This document shows positions 29,301 to 64,000 of a stretch of DNA of 64,000 nt, piece after piece. Every line of letters starts with the position of its first letter. Position 1 is the stretch's first letter. Source of the stretch: Paraspadella gotoi (lineage: Eukaryota; Animalia; Chaetognatha); NCBI GenBank assembly GCA_051294375.1, contig CM119263.1, positions 12,565,723 through 12,629,722 on the forward strand, given 5' to 3'. A model generated the notes under the pieces. That model did no database searches. It was not told the DNA's origin and was given only the letters and a program-made list of their open reading frames with translations. Made by a program: the position numbers and the translations under genes.

Positions 29301-32300
29301 CCAAAAGGTCCCAGAAGCGACTGAATCTCTGGAAAGAAATAATCATAAAAGACAGAAAAGGTAGAAAGACTCCAGACCGACCATACGACATATTATATGA
29401 GAAACTCGCAAACGCTGCAACAAAAAAAAAAAAAAAAAAAAAACGAAAGAAAAAATCCGTCTGATTTTCTCCAATCTCTTTTCAACTATAACCTGGCTCA
29501 CAATGTTCTGACAGTCGCCTTTAAAACTAGTTTTTGTTTGCACCACTTAAGGGTTAACAATTTTATTGGAAAACTGAAAACCGATAACAAAGAGATCCAA
29601 TGACAAGAATGGTTAAGAGCTACTATATACCGGCTGTACCAAGCCATTTAAACATAAACGACATATTCAAAAGTTGACAAAAACAGATGTAAAACCATAA
29701 ACTATCAAGAGACAAAAAAAAGAATAAAATAATCGCTGAATCGGGATAAATTAAAACTATTTTTATATTCTTCGGAGGTCTAGGATTTTTTTACCCTTTG
29801 CTAATTTTAAGTCGTACCCAACTGCATCTGCATCCAGTAGCTGACAATTTAATTCTTTTCCCCTTCGTTCTCCTTTGTTACAAAAGCAACTCACCTTCCA
29901 CTTGGGCGCCCTCTTTTCCATCCTGTTCCCGCCCCACCGTTTCCTCAACTTCCTCGTCCTCCCCATCTTCTTCGTATCCGCTTTCGCTCCCACTGTCTCC
30001 CTCTCTCCCTGGTATCCCAGTTTCGCTGGCTTCTTCGTCGGATTCGTCAGAATCGTCGTCGTCTTCGTCGTCTTCATCTCCACTCTCCTCTTCGGCTTCC
30101 TCTTTATTTCCTTCCTCGACTTCCTCCCTCCGATGCTTCCTCTCCTTTCTCTCCTCCTTCTTCTCCATCTTCCTCAGGAGATGCGCGACACCAAGCGCCT
30201 CGAGTCGTCGTCTCTCCTCCAACTGTTTGCGGCGATGTTCTGAAACAAATGGGCATTTTATTATTTACATTTTGTTTAAACTACCTTTTAGATCATTTTA
30301 CGTTACTCACTTTTACGTCAGTTAAAGTTAAAAAAAATTTCAATTCGCAAAATAATTTAAAATCTATTTTCAACTTCTCGAATGCAGCAATTGCAACAAT
30401 CATTAAAATATTTTTCATTACTTTGGACAGTTTAAGTTTATTTTAATTAGAATTTATTTTTAAACCAAACCTTCCTCAAGAAGCTTCTTCTCGGCTTCCT
30501 CCCATCGTGCCTTCAAACTGATAGGATAAGTTGGAATCGTTTTGGTGTCCACCCTGGAGTTTGTGATAGGATTTTTTAGATAACGCCAGCGAGAATATTA
30601 ATTAAGTTGTAATTACGTACCTGACGCTAAATCTCTCGTCAAAAGGAATAGGATCTTCCTTCGGCTCGTCCTCATACTCGTACATGACGACTCGTTCGAG
30701 AAAAGTCGGAGGCAGATAGTCTTTGATGCCCATGCAGAACACGTGGCCCAAATAGGCCACGAAGAGGTCGCCGCGCCACGTGGCGAAACAGACGCAAGAG
30801 AGCGTCGCGTCAAACTGATCCAGGAAATAACCGATGCAGTTGAGTTTTACTAAAATAAAATTGTCGCGTAGGAAAAAATCTAACCGGTCGCTATTTCACC
30901 TGCAGATGACGTATCATGACGTTTTTTCGATCCCATACTTTAATGGCGCCATCTTTGGCAGACGTGATGAACAGACCGAGTTGAGAATTGCAATCCATCG
31001 CAGTAACCTTGATCAAATATTGTTTTTTTTTTACTAGAAATTGATGCTAAAACGTACGAATTCCAGATTTTTTCTCACCTCATCCTTGTGATCGTTTTCC
31101 GAGTCGTGCGTAAAGTTTTCGACATCGACAAAGTCAGGATTGTCACCAGGACGTTCATACAGCTTGTGTATCGACACCACACTTTAAACAAATAAAAAAC
31201 AGTTGCCAATCGTTTCACAGCGAATAGAAAAAAGGTAAGTGTAACTTACTGAGATCTCGGGTTCGCCAAGCAAATAATGCTACCCATCATTGCGATGTGC
31301 CGCGGACACGTTATGCCCTTCAGCTGCGCACATAAGTAAGTTGAGATAAGTCAATTTCAATTTTGGTAAGCTGTTTACAATTTTCGAAATCTAAGCGTTT
31401 AAACTACATTGGCGTCTTCTCTAATATAGACTACTATATAGGCTACTATAATAGACGAGCTGCCAACGATGATCGTAAAACAAAGTTTTCATGACAAAAA
31501 TTTAAGAATAAAAAAGCACAAGGTTCTACCGTAATAGCGTAACAATTCCTCCGAAAAGAATGCGCATTTCGTTATGCAATGGCATAACACTATTATCACG
31601 CATTAATACTAAGTAGAAAGCGCATTGGCGCACCTCGACATCCGCATAAACCATACAAGAATGGACCGAGCTGAAACCGCCCAGCATGTCACTCATCAAT
31701 GTACTGATCCGAAGCTTAACAACGCGGAATGAAAAAGTAAGATTCATGAAACGTGGCGAAAAAGAGCTTCGGGGCTTGTTTAATGTAGTTTAAAAGTCTT
31801 TTATTTTTTTTTCACGTGTTTTATTTCAAATTGCTTGAAAGAAAGCAGCTTGCGATTTGTTGAAACAGAGGTTAGTCTAAATAAGAAAAAAAAACTTACT
31901 GTTTTGACTGCGATCATCTTTATCACTTTTGGGTTAGAAGGGTGTCGTTGAATGAGAAAAACCTTGAGCATATCGTCTAGTCCGGTAGTCAAGATGTAAT
32001 CGATTGTACCTGGCAAGGTTCACGATGAAATTAATCTCACTAATTCACGGGCTCGTAAACTACCGACCCAAAATGACAATTTACTAACCCAATCCTCCAG
32101 GATTTTCTACTCTTCTTCCTTTAGAGATTTCCAAGCAAACGACGGGTGCCATGTGCGCCTGGCAAGGTCCCTCCATATGGACGCTGTTCGCCATTAGCAA
32201 AGTCACCTAAATCCCCCCCAAAAAAGCGATAAAGTGGCTTTTACCATGCGTTAATTACGCTTTAAGGTGAATCCTCAAACTTAATTTTCGTGCCCGATAA

Positions 32301-35300
32301 ACCGACCTGTCCGTTTTTGTGGCCGGCGAATATTAAAACATCGCTTTCATTTGTTTCTTGTAGACCGAAAGCGTTGTCCAAATTGGTGACGGCCAAACAA
32401 GTTGCAGATTCCTCCTGTGGAAATGAAAGCCGAAAGCCGATGAAGAATTTTGCCATGCAATGTAAAGAATGCATCTTAATTCTCGGCATGCAATTTGAGC
32501 AAAAACCTTGGCGTTGGGCATGAGAACTTCGTGAGCGCGGCAAGGGTTCGGGTTGGAATCGAATACGAGAACTTCGCCGCTAATCAGCACTGCGACCGTG
32601 AAAGGGTCAAAGAGAAAAGAAATTTAACCTATGGTTAGATTATTAGCTCATCAAATGAATAACGGAATTGTTACTGGGAATCTCTGGACCTGTATAAATT
32701 CTGTTGTTCACTCGATCACAAACTGAATGGACCATGACCTACAATAAAAATGTTTTTTTTTTAATAGCTTACCAAATACAAGTTGCAGATTAAAAAAAAG
32801 GAGGCCGTGTAAAAGTGTAAATATAATTAGGTGAAAAACACAAATATAATTTACTTAATTTTAAAGTTGAGGTAAAAATCATAACCCATAGTGAATACTT
32901 TAAACCTGGTTAGGAGCCCACATTGTATTCCAAGAGTTCCAAGAGAGCTGTTATAATCGATTAAATTAATAAAAGGTGGAAAACGCAAGGGGAAACAGAA
33001 GAAATTGCAAAATCTGGCTTATTAAATATAAAGAGACTGATTGATAAATAGGCAGACGAAATCATTCTAATTACTTATTTATAAAAAGTTTAAGACACGA
33101 TAATTTCAAATTGTTTCTCATAACGTACACTCATTTCTTTATGGTTATATGACTACTTCACCAGTATAAAACATATGCATAACATTGTTGACCACTGATC
33201 TGTAAATTCTTAACTATATTTAATAAAGAGTAATGCAACGACTCTAAGATCAAGAGACAACATTTTTATGTGGTCACGTGACTACTCAAATATGAAACAT
33301 ACGCATTTAATGATACCTCACATCATGATCACCAAAATTATGCTATGCATTTTTGGTTATATGATCGAATTTTTTTTATCTTGTGACTGAATCTCTGGAA
33401 ATAATAAATCATAAAAGACAGAAAAGGTAGAAAGACTCCAAACCGACCATGCACAATAACCCATTAACCAAGTTTTAATTAAAAAGATGAGACAGATAGA
33501 CGGACGAAAACAAAAGTGAACTCGTGGCGCTTTTTCTTCTTCTTCAAATCCCATTTTGCATTTGCCCAAAACTATTGAATGATATATTTTTTCAAACAAA
33601 AAAAAGGCTTTAATCTAAAATTCTCACTTGTTGATTCGGCATGGGCGCGACTTTAGTGACGCACTGGCCGGAAACGTTCGAAATCATTCTTAGAGTTCCA
33701 TCTTCAGGGGCCACCATCACCCGGGTTGGATGTTCGCCGAATTCCATCGACTGAACACCAAAATAAGAAATACGGCTTTGAGGATTTTCACGAAATATAA
33801 AAAATGAAATGGCGTTGAACTATATAATACAACGAACTTTTTTTTCGATTTACCCTCATGCGAAGAATCCGGCTCCTTACAGACGTCAAGAAAGAGCAGA
33901 TTTGATTCAGGGAAACAAACAAAACTTCACTGGAAGATCTGCAATGGTCAAAGAAAAACTTTTTTTACAATAATTACATCATAACTCTTTACAATTTTTC
34001 TTACATACGTATTTTTTATAAATAAACACTGATTTCTCTCACATTAATCAGTAATAATCACCTCCTTCTGGCTTCTTCATGACTTAAATCGTAGAAGTTG
34101 CAATTCGTTTTGATTTAGTATTTCAGTTGTGATTAAACTTTCTTTCGTTGTGTTTTAGGTAATTGAAAATGAAGACAAAGTCTTGTTACAGCAACGATTT
34201 TATTTTAGTGTACAGACAAGTTTCGGCTTTCATTCAAGCCTTCATCAGCCTTCATCAGCACTGATGAAGGCTTGAACGAAAGCCGAAACTTGTCTGTACA
34301 CTAAAATAAAATCGTTGCTGTAACAAGACTTTGTCTTCATTTTCAAGTATTTCAGTTATATTTTTTGACTTCTAATCTTGATTATACAATTTTATTTCAT
34401 CATTAAATGAAATAACTTACCCAACTAAGAAGTACTGATCCCCTATTAGCGTAACCCGCGTGAGCGGCGTGCCTGCGTTAAGTTTTTGTACCTAAATAGG
34501 AGAAAAATCTTTCAATTTATCATTAAATTGATTTAAATCAATAAATGAATCCAATTAGAAATAGTCGGAGAGTGGATAGAGAAAAAAGGGCGAGTAACAA
34601 AACCAATGACAGTAATCATCTTCTGCTCCCTTTTGTTTATCTTTATCCTTTCTCTGTTTAATTTGCGATTTCTTAAAATCCTGCCGGTAAATACTTTATT
34701 GTCCTTCCAAATTCGCATTAAAATACATTTTTTTAATGTATGACGTTACTTATTTACTAAGCAACTTTTATCATGTCATCATTTTTCTTTTTTTTTCAAA
34801 TCTTTGAAAAGCTCAGATCATGTCATTCAAAATTAATGACATTAACGTATCTCACCATCTGCAATGTGTCAAGTCTCCACAGGATGACACATCCATCATC
34901 CGAAGTCGACACTAGAAGAGGAAGAGACTTCATCGTCGCCAAACCGGTGATCGCGCCCCGGTGACCTAGCAGCGGAATTGCTTTATCTTCATTGTTCATT
35001 TGTTTTCTCTTATTCTTTTTCATTTGCAATATCAATGCAATGAATTACTTTCAAAATTATGCCGTCAGGTATTTCCTTTTCATTATTATAAATTACTCCA
35101 CGTAATTTATAATTTCCTAAAAAATTTAACATTCAAAACTTGACAAATTGCAACGTTACCGCTTACCTCGAAACAGGTGAACCAAGAGGAAGGTGTTGGT
35201 GTTCCACACTCTGATGTAGCAGTCTCGCGCTCCCGTGAGCAGAAGATCTTTGCTCCTGTGACTCGCCACGCAAGTGAGCTCTTTCTCGTGCTTGTTCACT

Positions 35301-37497
35301 AGAGTGTGAGTCCGAATCTTCGTCGCTAGGTTTACCACGAACATGCCGTTGGGACAGACGACGATCAGCTGACGACTTTTGCGGTTTAACTTTAGGGCGA
35401 TTACGTTCTACGAATGGAAAATAATGATAATGATATATTAAGCTAATCAAAGCGTTTCTGAAATCAAATTCTTTAGAGACATAATCTCGTTAATTACTTG
35501 TTAACATTTGAATTTGAAATTAAAATTTAGAGGACTTAAAAAAAATTACTTCTCTTTTGGTGTCGAATTCGATAGGTTTTTCGGGTGTCATCAAGGTCCG
35601 CTTTTCAAAGTGAACCAGCCTTTCATCCTTTGCCTGAGATTAAGATTATTTTTAAACTAGATTTGTTATTTAACCAAATTTACATACTTCTAATTAAAAC
35701 ATGAAACGACAAAAGCAGAGAGTTTTCGGTGAAATAACAATTTTAAACCAAAAAATGTTATTTTAGGAAGTATCAAGGCAACTTATAATTCCTAAAATTC
35801 TACTATTAACGTGTTGTAAATATTTTACACTGCAAAATTGTGCACTACCTCAAAATCCCAAACGACATAATTAAATTCTTTGAATTTGGAATCCTTGAAA
35901 AAGGCGAAGAATATGTAAGTTAAATATCAGTAAAATATGTAAATATCACCAGCCGAATTCGCTATTCATTTTCATGTCACTGCTAAATTTGAAATTACTT
36001 TTACTTACCAGGTTTCTATCTTATTTACGGAAAGCAAAGTCTGATTAGTCAGTTTTTACTTACCCAAATTTTGGCCGAAAAAACTCAGTGAACTTACCAA
36101 AGCGCTAAAATCTTCCATGCGCAATTTCCATCGGTAAACGATTCCACTGCTTCCCGCTAGAATCTCTTCGTTGTCTTTGTCATAAGCAAAGCTGAAACGG
36201 TCAGTATAATATCTATAGTTTTTTAGAAAATTAATCGGTCTGTTCTAACTACTGTACATAAAAAATTAGTTGATTTCAAAATATAGAGAAACAAGCCTGA
36301 AAGTAGGAAAGAGCGAATAAATGGGTCCAAATATATGTTGCATAACATTCAAAGGCTGTCATTCTCTCCTTCTCACCAATTGATCTTGCCGTGGGTTGGG
36401 ACGCTGAAAATTTCATTGAGTTCTCCGGTGATTTGAGTGAAGAAGCGAACTGTGGAATCTTTTGGTGAGTAGCCAATCAGGGAGTTGTAGATTGGTAAGT
36501 AATGCAGCAGTGACAACGGCATCTTAACGCGCAGTCTAAACAGAAGCAGTTTATAAAGCGTCTTGCTCTCCAAAATTATTACGTAAAAACATAGATAACA
36601 GCCTAAACGTTTTTAGAAAATGAGATAGAGAAATAATGACCCTTTAGTTAGAAAATCTTGATCGAACCGTACATTCGAATAAGTCTTACGTCAAAACAAT
36701 AACAAAATATTCACTGACATGCTCTGCCGGATGTCCGCCCCCGCGGCAACCACGTTGTACGCGTAGAGTGGAAACGCCCCCTCGTTTTCGGCCTCCTCCC
36801 CTTCCTTCGCGTCAGGCGTCCTCGGAACGGCGCCGTTGACGAGCGTGGAGGGCGCGACGCCCCTCGAAGACGCCCTCGATGAAGGAGACGCAGCCAAGTT
36901 GACGGCGTCGGATCGATCCGCTCGAGAGGCCGACCCATGACCTTTGCTCTGACCAGAGGTGAAAAACACCACGTGACCTTTGGTGGTGGGCAGACAGACG
37001 TAGTCGAGAAGGGGCGGTTGAACGGCTACCGTGCGAACCACCTAGAATTGAGTGATTGATTGATTTACCTATCTGATCGATTAAATCTTGACTCGATTGG
37101 ATAAATTAGATTTGACTAAATGAATGAATGAACAATTAACGAATTGCGTGAGAAGAGAAAGAAGTAAGAATATCGGTAAGCCACCTCCGATTGATAAATT
37201 TAATCTGATTTGATTGACTGGCTTGATTATATTGAAATGGAATTAATTGATAATTTAATAATTAACTTAACGAATAAAAAGATTGATTGTTTTAATTTGA
37301 TAGATTGATTGATTTTTCCCCTTCTTCCTCATAACCTGCATTCCCATCGAAATTTGTAGAGGGAATGCTTCGGTTTCGAGCCGCCGGTGACCTTCCCCGG
37401 CGCCTTGCAGTTTTCCCACGATCTCCTCCTGACACTGGAGCCATTGCTTCTGAGAGGCCGGACTCCACGGACTCAGGGAGTTTGGGCCGCTCGACAT
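12665..37497 (-). CDS. Large multi-exon WD40-repeat protein with acidic/charged middle and low-complexity C-terminus, WDR87/WDR97-like; boundaries approximate, possibly two genes
   Basis: WD40 exons at ~30.6-36.6 kb (HEKELTCVASHRSKDLLLTGARDCYIRVWN; GHRGAITGLATMKSLPLLVSTSDDGCVILWRL; YILTTGLDDMLKVF). Glu-rich exon at ~29.9-30.2 kb, then ..LIAKD and GYIPNSVYRDLFFP, which I recall from WDR87/97. Open spliced exons continue at 24.2, 24.0, 23.8, 23.3, 21.9, 20.9, 20.6, 17.4, 17.0 and 12.7-13.0 kb. Start ATG (37497) and stop (12665) are best guesses. Confidence 0.65.
13925..14151 (-). repeat. Interspersed repeat copy 2 (inverted relative to 1566-1810), adjacent to a (CT)n tract
   Basis: Same alignment as copy 1. 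Confidence 0.8.
14820..14992. repeat. (ATC)n/(ATA)n microsatellite
   Basis: Direct reading. Confidence 0.9.
17645..17720 (+). repeat. tRNA-derived SINE head or decayed tRNA pseudogene
   Basis: A-box-like TAGCGCACTGG and B-box-like GGTTCTAGCCC at tRNA spacing; acceptor stem does not pair. Confidence 0.45.
20283..20370. repeat. (AAT)n microsatellite
   Basis: Direct reading. Confidence 0.9.
25697..27312 (-). CDS. GT29 sialyltransferase-like type II membrane protein, 4 exons, catalytic motifs degenerate
   Basis: Exons 27312-26544, 26442-26184, 26086-25986, 25896-25697 join in frame with GT-AG. N-terminal TM anchor; sialylmotif L (CAVVGVGGSLVGAGLGPEIDAHSVVFRSGVAPTRGFEKEVGGRT); sialylmotif S (PSSGFLSTILALHFCDSVTLYGF). 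Confidence 0.9.
27860..28070 (+). mobile_element. Possible Helentron-associated (HINE/DINE-like) element 5' end
   Basis: T-run, hairpin GTTGCTC..GAGCAAC, then a TGTCCGTCTG..GTCTGTCC microsatellite-like tract. The layout resembles HINEs; no 3' end identified. Confidence 0.4.
28071..28554 (+). mobile_element. Non-autonomous element family with ends ATGAAAATTTGCAAA ... TTGGTTGTACCAATTTCATA
   Basis: Left end recurs at 44710, 47790 and 61019; right end recurs at 8345, 44806, 50944 and, inverted, in the 47844-48925 array; internal fragment at 60074-60172. Confidence 0.7.
34208..34248 (-). ncRNA. Mirror-image hammerhead core on the minus strand
   Basis: Reverse complement reads CTGATGA-A-GGCTT-GAATGA-AAGCC-GAAA-CTTG-TC-TGTACAC; no 5' stem I strand. 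Confidence 0.65.
34258..34301 (+). ncRNA. Minimal type I hammerhead ribozyme core of the Penelope-like-element kind, stem I truncated
   Basis: CTGATGA (34261-67), A, stem II GGCTT/AAGCC, GAAA, CTTG, TC; cleavage would follow 34294. Only 3 bp of stem I (GCA/TGT). Confidence 0.75.
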
Positions 37498-37854
37498 CAC
37501 GAGGGCGGAGAGAGAGAAGGTCAGAGTTGAGAGAGGCGACTTAAAAAAAAATCACCTTCTCGCGTCCTCAACGATGGCAGTTTCGGGTCGAAATATCCAT
37601 GTTGAAAATCATTTCAAATCTTATTTAAAATTATATATTTGTTTGTTTTTTTAGTAGTAATGGTCGCCCAGGAACGAGATTTCAGTACATATTCGTTTTC
37701 CCAAGTTTTCTTCATTTCTTGTATTTTCTTTTGTTGTGAAACTCATTGTGTTCGTGTGGAAATTCCGTGAATTCAAGTAATGCTAAGAGGAAAATAAAAA
37801 AGACGTTAAATGTTTTAACGTCATCGCAAGCACCATAAATTTGATGATATAAGA

Positions 37855-38343
37855 ATGTATTTTCATTATGGAGAAAAACATGTGCATTTAACATTTAATT
37901 TCTCCAAATATTTCGACTTAATTTCATAAGTCATCAGCAGTGGATAAATAGAAAAATAAATATGGTAAACAAGAGAGATAGAGAGAGAAGAAAGAGAGAG
38001 ATAAATAGAGAGAATGAAAAAAAGTAAATGGGAATGAAAAAGAAAAAAAGGTCATGAGTAACAGAGAGTTTGTGAATTAAGACCAACGACCCAAAAAAGC
38101 CGTCTACATAGGTCAAACCACCCGGAATTTCAAAACAAGATGGAAGGAGCATAAGCGAGCCATTGAAAAGCAGCAATGGCACCATTCAGGAAACTCGCAA
38201 CACTGCGAAAATTTCCTCTCTCTCTCTCTCTCTTGTTTACCCTATTTATTTTTTATTTATCCACTTATGAAATTAGGTCGAAATATTCGAGAAAAAATTG
38301 TTTTTGTCAAATGCACCCGTTTTTCTCCATAATGAAAATACAT
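37855..38343. mobile_element. Degenerate fold-back/MITE-like element with ~130 bp inverted arms
   Basis: 37855-37990 is the imperfect reverse complement of 38215-38343; the left arm carries a decayed hammerhead-like motif. Confidence 0.65.
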
Positions 38344-39855
38344 GTTTGTATCCTTGGATAGAGCCACTTTCTAACGTTTATTTTAGAGCCCGCCAACTCG
38401 CTAAACTCTTCTAATTGTTTAAAGTCGCAATATTTTGTTTAAAAAAAACAAACTTACCTTTAGCTTATTTTTTTAAATATTTTTGCAGAGGTTATGTTGA
38501 AGAGAGTTTCCTCCTTTCCTGGTCTGCATGTTTGACCTTGCGTCAAGATCGTACTCTGGGGAAACCTTTAATTTTCCCGATTCGACCAGAGGTCTTCGTT
38601 TAGGAGACTTGGGTGCTTCAACGCCTCAACCAAAAATATGAACTTACTTGAAAAATATTGTATTTTAATAATATTATTCTTGTGATTTTTTTGGCTGCTG
38701 AAACATCACAAGATATGATACTGTGTAAGTAATACTGAAATCTGAAATCTTGCTCATAGCTCTTGATCTTAATGTAAAATGCGGAATTAAAAAAATTATA
38801 GAATTTATGGAAGGTTTAACGAATTAGAGTTAATCGTACTAATTCTTAACGATGCACACAATGACAATTTCCCTCTCCTCGAACGGCGTCCTCATATCCT
38901 CTGTCTTCTCATGCGGGTCTTAAAGATCTTTTGTTTTATTCTCGACCAGAATTCGTTTCTTTTTCTTCCTCAGGCAGCCGCCCGGGCGGGGCGGGCAGCA
39001 GCCCGGGCGAAGCAGGCAGAGAGGAAGCGAGGAAAGCTATGGGTCGGGCAAAGCGACCGATGTCGAAGGCGGACACGCGACGGAATCGGTCGAAGGAAGG
39101 AAAGAGTAATTAACCCACACAAAGCTTTTCAAAAGGGTCAAGACCTTTAGATCCTTGTTTAAAAAAAAAAATCAGATGGAAAATATCCTAAATAAAAAAA
39201 TTAATAAACACCGAATAGACAATGATAAACCAGGTGGGAGCTGTCGGGACCTGACAAAAACGAATGTTTTAAACTTATAAACTCACAGACACGCCTTACT
39301 AATTGTTTATCATTTTTTGGAGGATGACTCGATCAATAAACACGAGTCCGATTCGCTTCGTCTCTTTCGAATTATCTCGCCTATTCAATGAATTGTGTTC
39401 ATTTCCTCGATCCTTCCATTTGATCCCCGTCAGAATTAATTAGATTCGTAAATGAGATAAGTAAATCAGAAACAAAAAAAGGAGGGAGGTTGAATACCCT
39501 TAAATGAAAAATGTTTCGTACGATTCGATGATGACGACCACTGTTACCTAAGACAGTTATATATATATAGAATGTATTTTCATAATCCCACCTGGAGTTC
39601 GTCCGTCAAATTCTTACGCTGTACCTGATTTTGTACTACTACTTTCAAAAGATATCATCGGCGATCACACTGAAAAATCTCTTACAGTTTGAACTTTATT
39701 ATACGTAGACAACTAAACATTTTTATTTTTATTTTAAGAAGAGGAACTACAAAATTTAGAATTTATTTTTTTTTTTCGCTGAGGCTGCAACGCAAATTTT
39801 GAAGAAAAAAAAAAAGTGTTACTGAGAAAGTCATATTTTCTTCGCTGATCAATTG

Positions 39856-62048
<22,193 letters not shown>

Positions 62049-64000
62049 TCTGCCTGAATTAAAAGAAAAAAATTTTAATATTTTCATAAAATATTTTTCA
62101 TGGTAATTAATATAAGTTTGATTGCCTGAAAATTATATAACAAGCAAGCTGATTATCTATAACTTTCTTTTTTTATTCGACGTATATAAATTTTTACCGT
62201 TTTAGTTTCGACGATTTATGATATCGGTATTCGTCAAAATTAATCGAGCTAAAAAGAAAATTCATGGATACCATTTTAAAGACCCACCCACTTTGGTAAA
62301 AATAATTGCAAAAAATATAAATTACTTTCAACGATTAGGTAGTAAGAGAAGAGAAAAGTAAACGAAAGATGCAAAAAAACAGAGAGAAAATCGAAAAAAA
62401 AAAATTGTTAGACCATTTATAGAATACAAATGAAAAGTAAACGGAAAAGAAAAAGTAAAGAAAAACAAAGAAAAGGTAAGGGGAGAAAAAAAGGACAAAG
62501 AAAAAAAGAAATTCATTTAAGAAAGCATCTGACCGCAACTTATGATATTTAATAGCTTGTTTTCTTTACGTCTTTTTTACTTTTAAAGCAAATGACGCAA
62601 TCAAAATTTTAAATTCCGCTTCACTGACGAATCGGGATCAAAGAAGACCAAGTTGTGATGAATTGTTTAGCGTCTTTTTTTTTTCGTACAATTTAACTTC
62701 TTTTCAGTCTTTTTATTAGTTTAGCTTCGCAAAAATTTCTTAGGTGGTATATATAAAGGTCACCATGTAATTTTTCAAAACAGAGGAAAAAGAAAAGCGA
62801 AAAGCAATTTCACGAGGAAAGTCCACACAGAGAAACCACAGCAATTGATTGATGACTGTAGTTTTAATTTTTTAACCCAACTCAGTCGGCTCTTAAGGAT
62901 CTTATGTATTTTAATTTTTCTTAATTCGCAAATCCCGATTCCAATTTTTTTTCGGGGTTTCCTTTGTTGCCGAAAAGAATCTCGTGAGACTCGTTCCCGT
63001 TACTCTTTACTTTTCACTCTTTTGATTTTTCTTTCTTTTTTTTCTTTCCTTTCTCGTTTCTTTCTTTTCCCACTTTCTTTCGCCCAGCCGGTTCCATCCC
63101 CCAGGTTCCATCTCCTCGATTCATTCCGCCTTTTTCCCCGAGGGATGGAATCGAGCGTCTCGGCCCAAGAAAAAAAAGGTCGGGAAGGAAAAAAAAAAAT
63201 ATAGACAAAAAAAGGGTAAGAATTAATGAAAAATGAACTTCGATAGTAATTGAGATTAACAGAAGAAGAATACTAGTATAAAAAACCAAGTATGAAATTT
63301 GGTGCTGGAATATCTAAGCTGAAGCATCCGTGGGTAAAACAATTAGGAAAATCAATTGTTTTTAATTGCTAAGTATTGAATTGAATGCGAGATGCCTTGT
63401 ATCGATCAACCTGACGATCATACAGAATAACCCAGAGACAGAAAAAACACGTACATTTCGAATTACTCTTTTGTTAAGAAAAAACAGGTGTGTCTCGACG
63501 GAACAACAACCAGGAATAAAACATCATAAAACAGGAATAAAACTTTATAATCTCACAGATTTTGTATTCTGTAATTTTTACTATTTGTGTTAAGAGTTTA
63601 ATATTTAAGAACGTACATATTTAAATACTAACCAAAAACATTTAAATTCCACTTTCTTGTCTATCCCTCTTCGACTTCGGCGTCTTCGTCAATCCCAACA
63701 CAATTTCTTTCTTTACATCTTTCTTTTTCCCTTTCTATTCTTTTTGTTTCGATAAAGAGCCCAGTGGTTGGAGGTCAAAGGGTCAAAGTGTACGAGTTGG
63801 GGAATCAAATATCGTTTTTTGACCCGAGATCGACGTTCAGAAGAGAGAATACTAATCGAGTTTCACGACGCGGGCTTGACTTTTTCGGCGACGACGATGA
63901 CGACGACGACGACGACGATGTCGAAACTAAGAACAATGGGCAGCAGCAGCGTTGAGGTTTCGCAGCGGGAAGGGATTATTTTCTGACTGGTATCGAATAT

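Larger units (their letters stand above)
34117..34357. mobile_element. Fold-back insertion, probable Penelope-like pLTR remnant
   Basis: 86-bp inverted arms 34163-34248 and 34261-34346 (1 mismatch), flanked by the direct repeat AGTATTTCAGTT at 34117-34128 and 34346-34357. Confidence 0.7.

Noticed and set aside
29798-30325. 175-aa Ser-rich plus-strand ORF
   Set aside because: Antisense shadow of the Glu-rich exon of the WD40 gene.
63764-63986. Acidic ORF at the window end
   Set aside because: Driven by a (GAC)n repeat; cannot be evaluated without downstream sequence.

Overview
AT-rich, intron-dense animal genomic DNA with many (GA)n microsatellites, N-gaps and long-read-type indel noise at 45-49 kb and 52.7-53.1 kb. 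I hand-assembled six spliced genes. (1) A complete 15-exon alpha7-type nicotinic acetylcholine receptor subunit (+, 4513-11363). (2) A very long WD40/charged-region gene resembling WDR87/WDR97 (-, ~12665-37497). (3) A GT29 sialyltransferase-like gene lacking the catalytic His, apparently nested on the same strand in an intron of gene 2. (4) A secreted multi-EGF plus two-LamG gene (-, 39856-62048) whose ~15 kb intron splits one LamG domain. That intron hosts (5) a divergent class A GPCR-like gene with a noisy tandem copy and (6) an antisense RhoGAP gene. Non-coding highlights are a fold-back element with a minimal hammerhead ribozyme core on each strand, two more fold-backs with hammerhead remnants, a triplicated splice-acceptor unit in the nAChR gene, several GC-AG donors and interspersed repeat families. 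All gene models are manual, and family names are from motif recall, not database searches.
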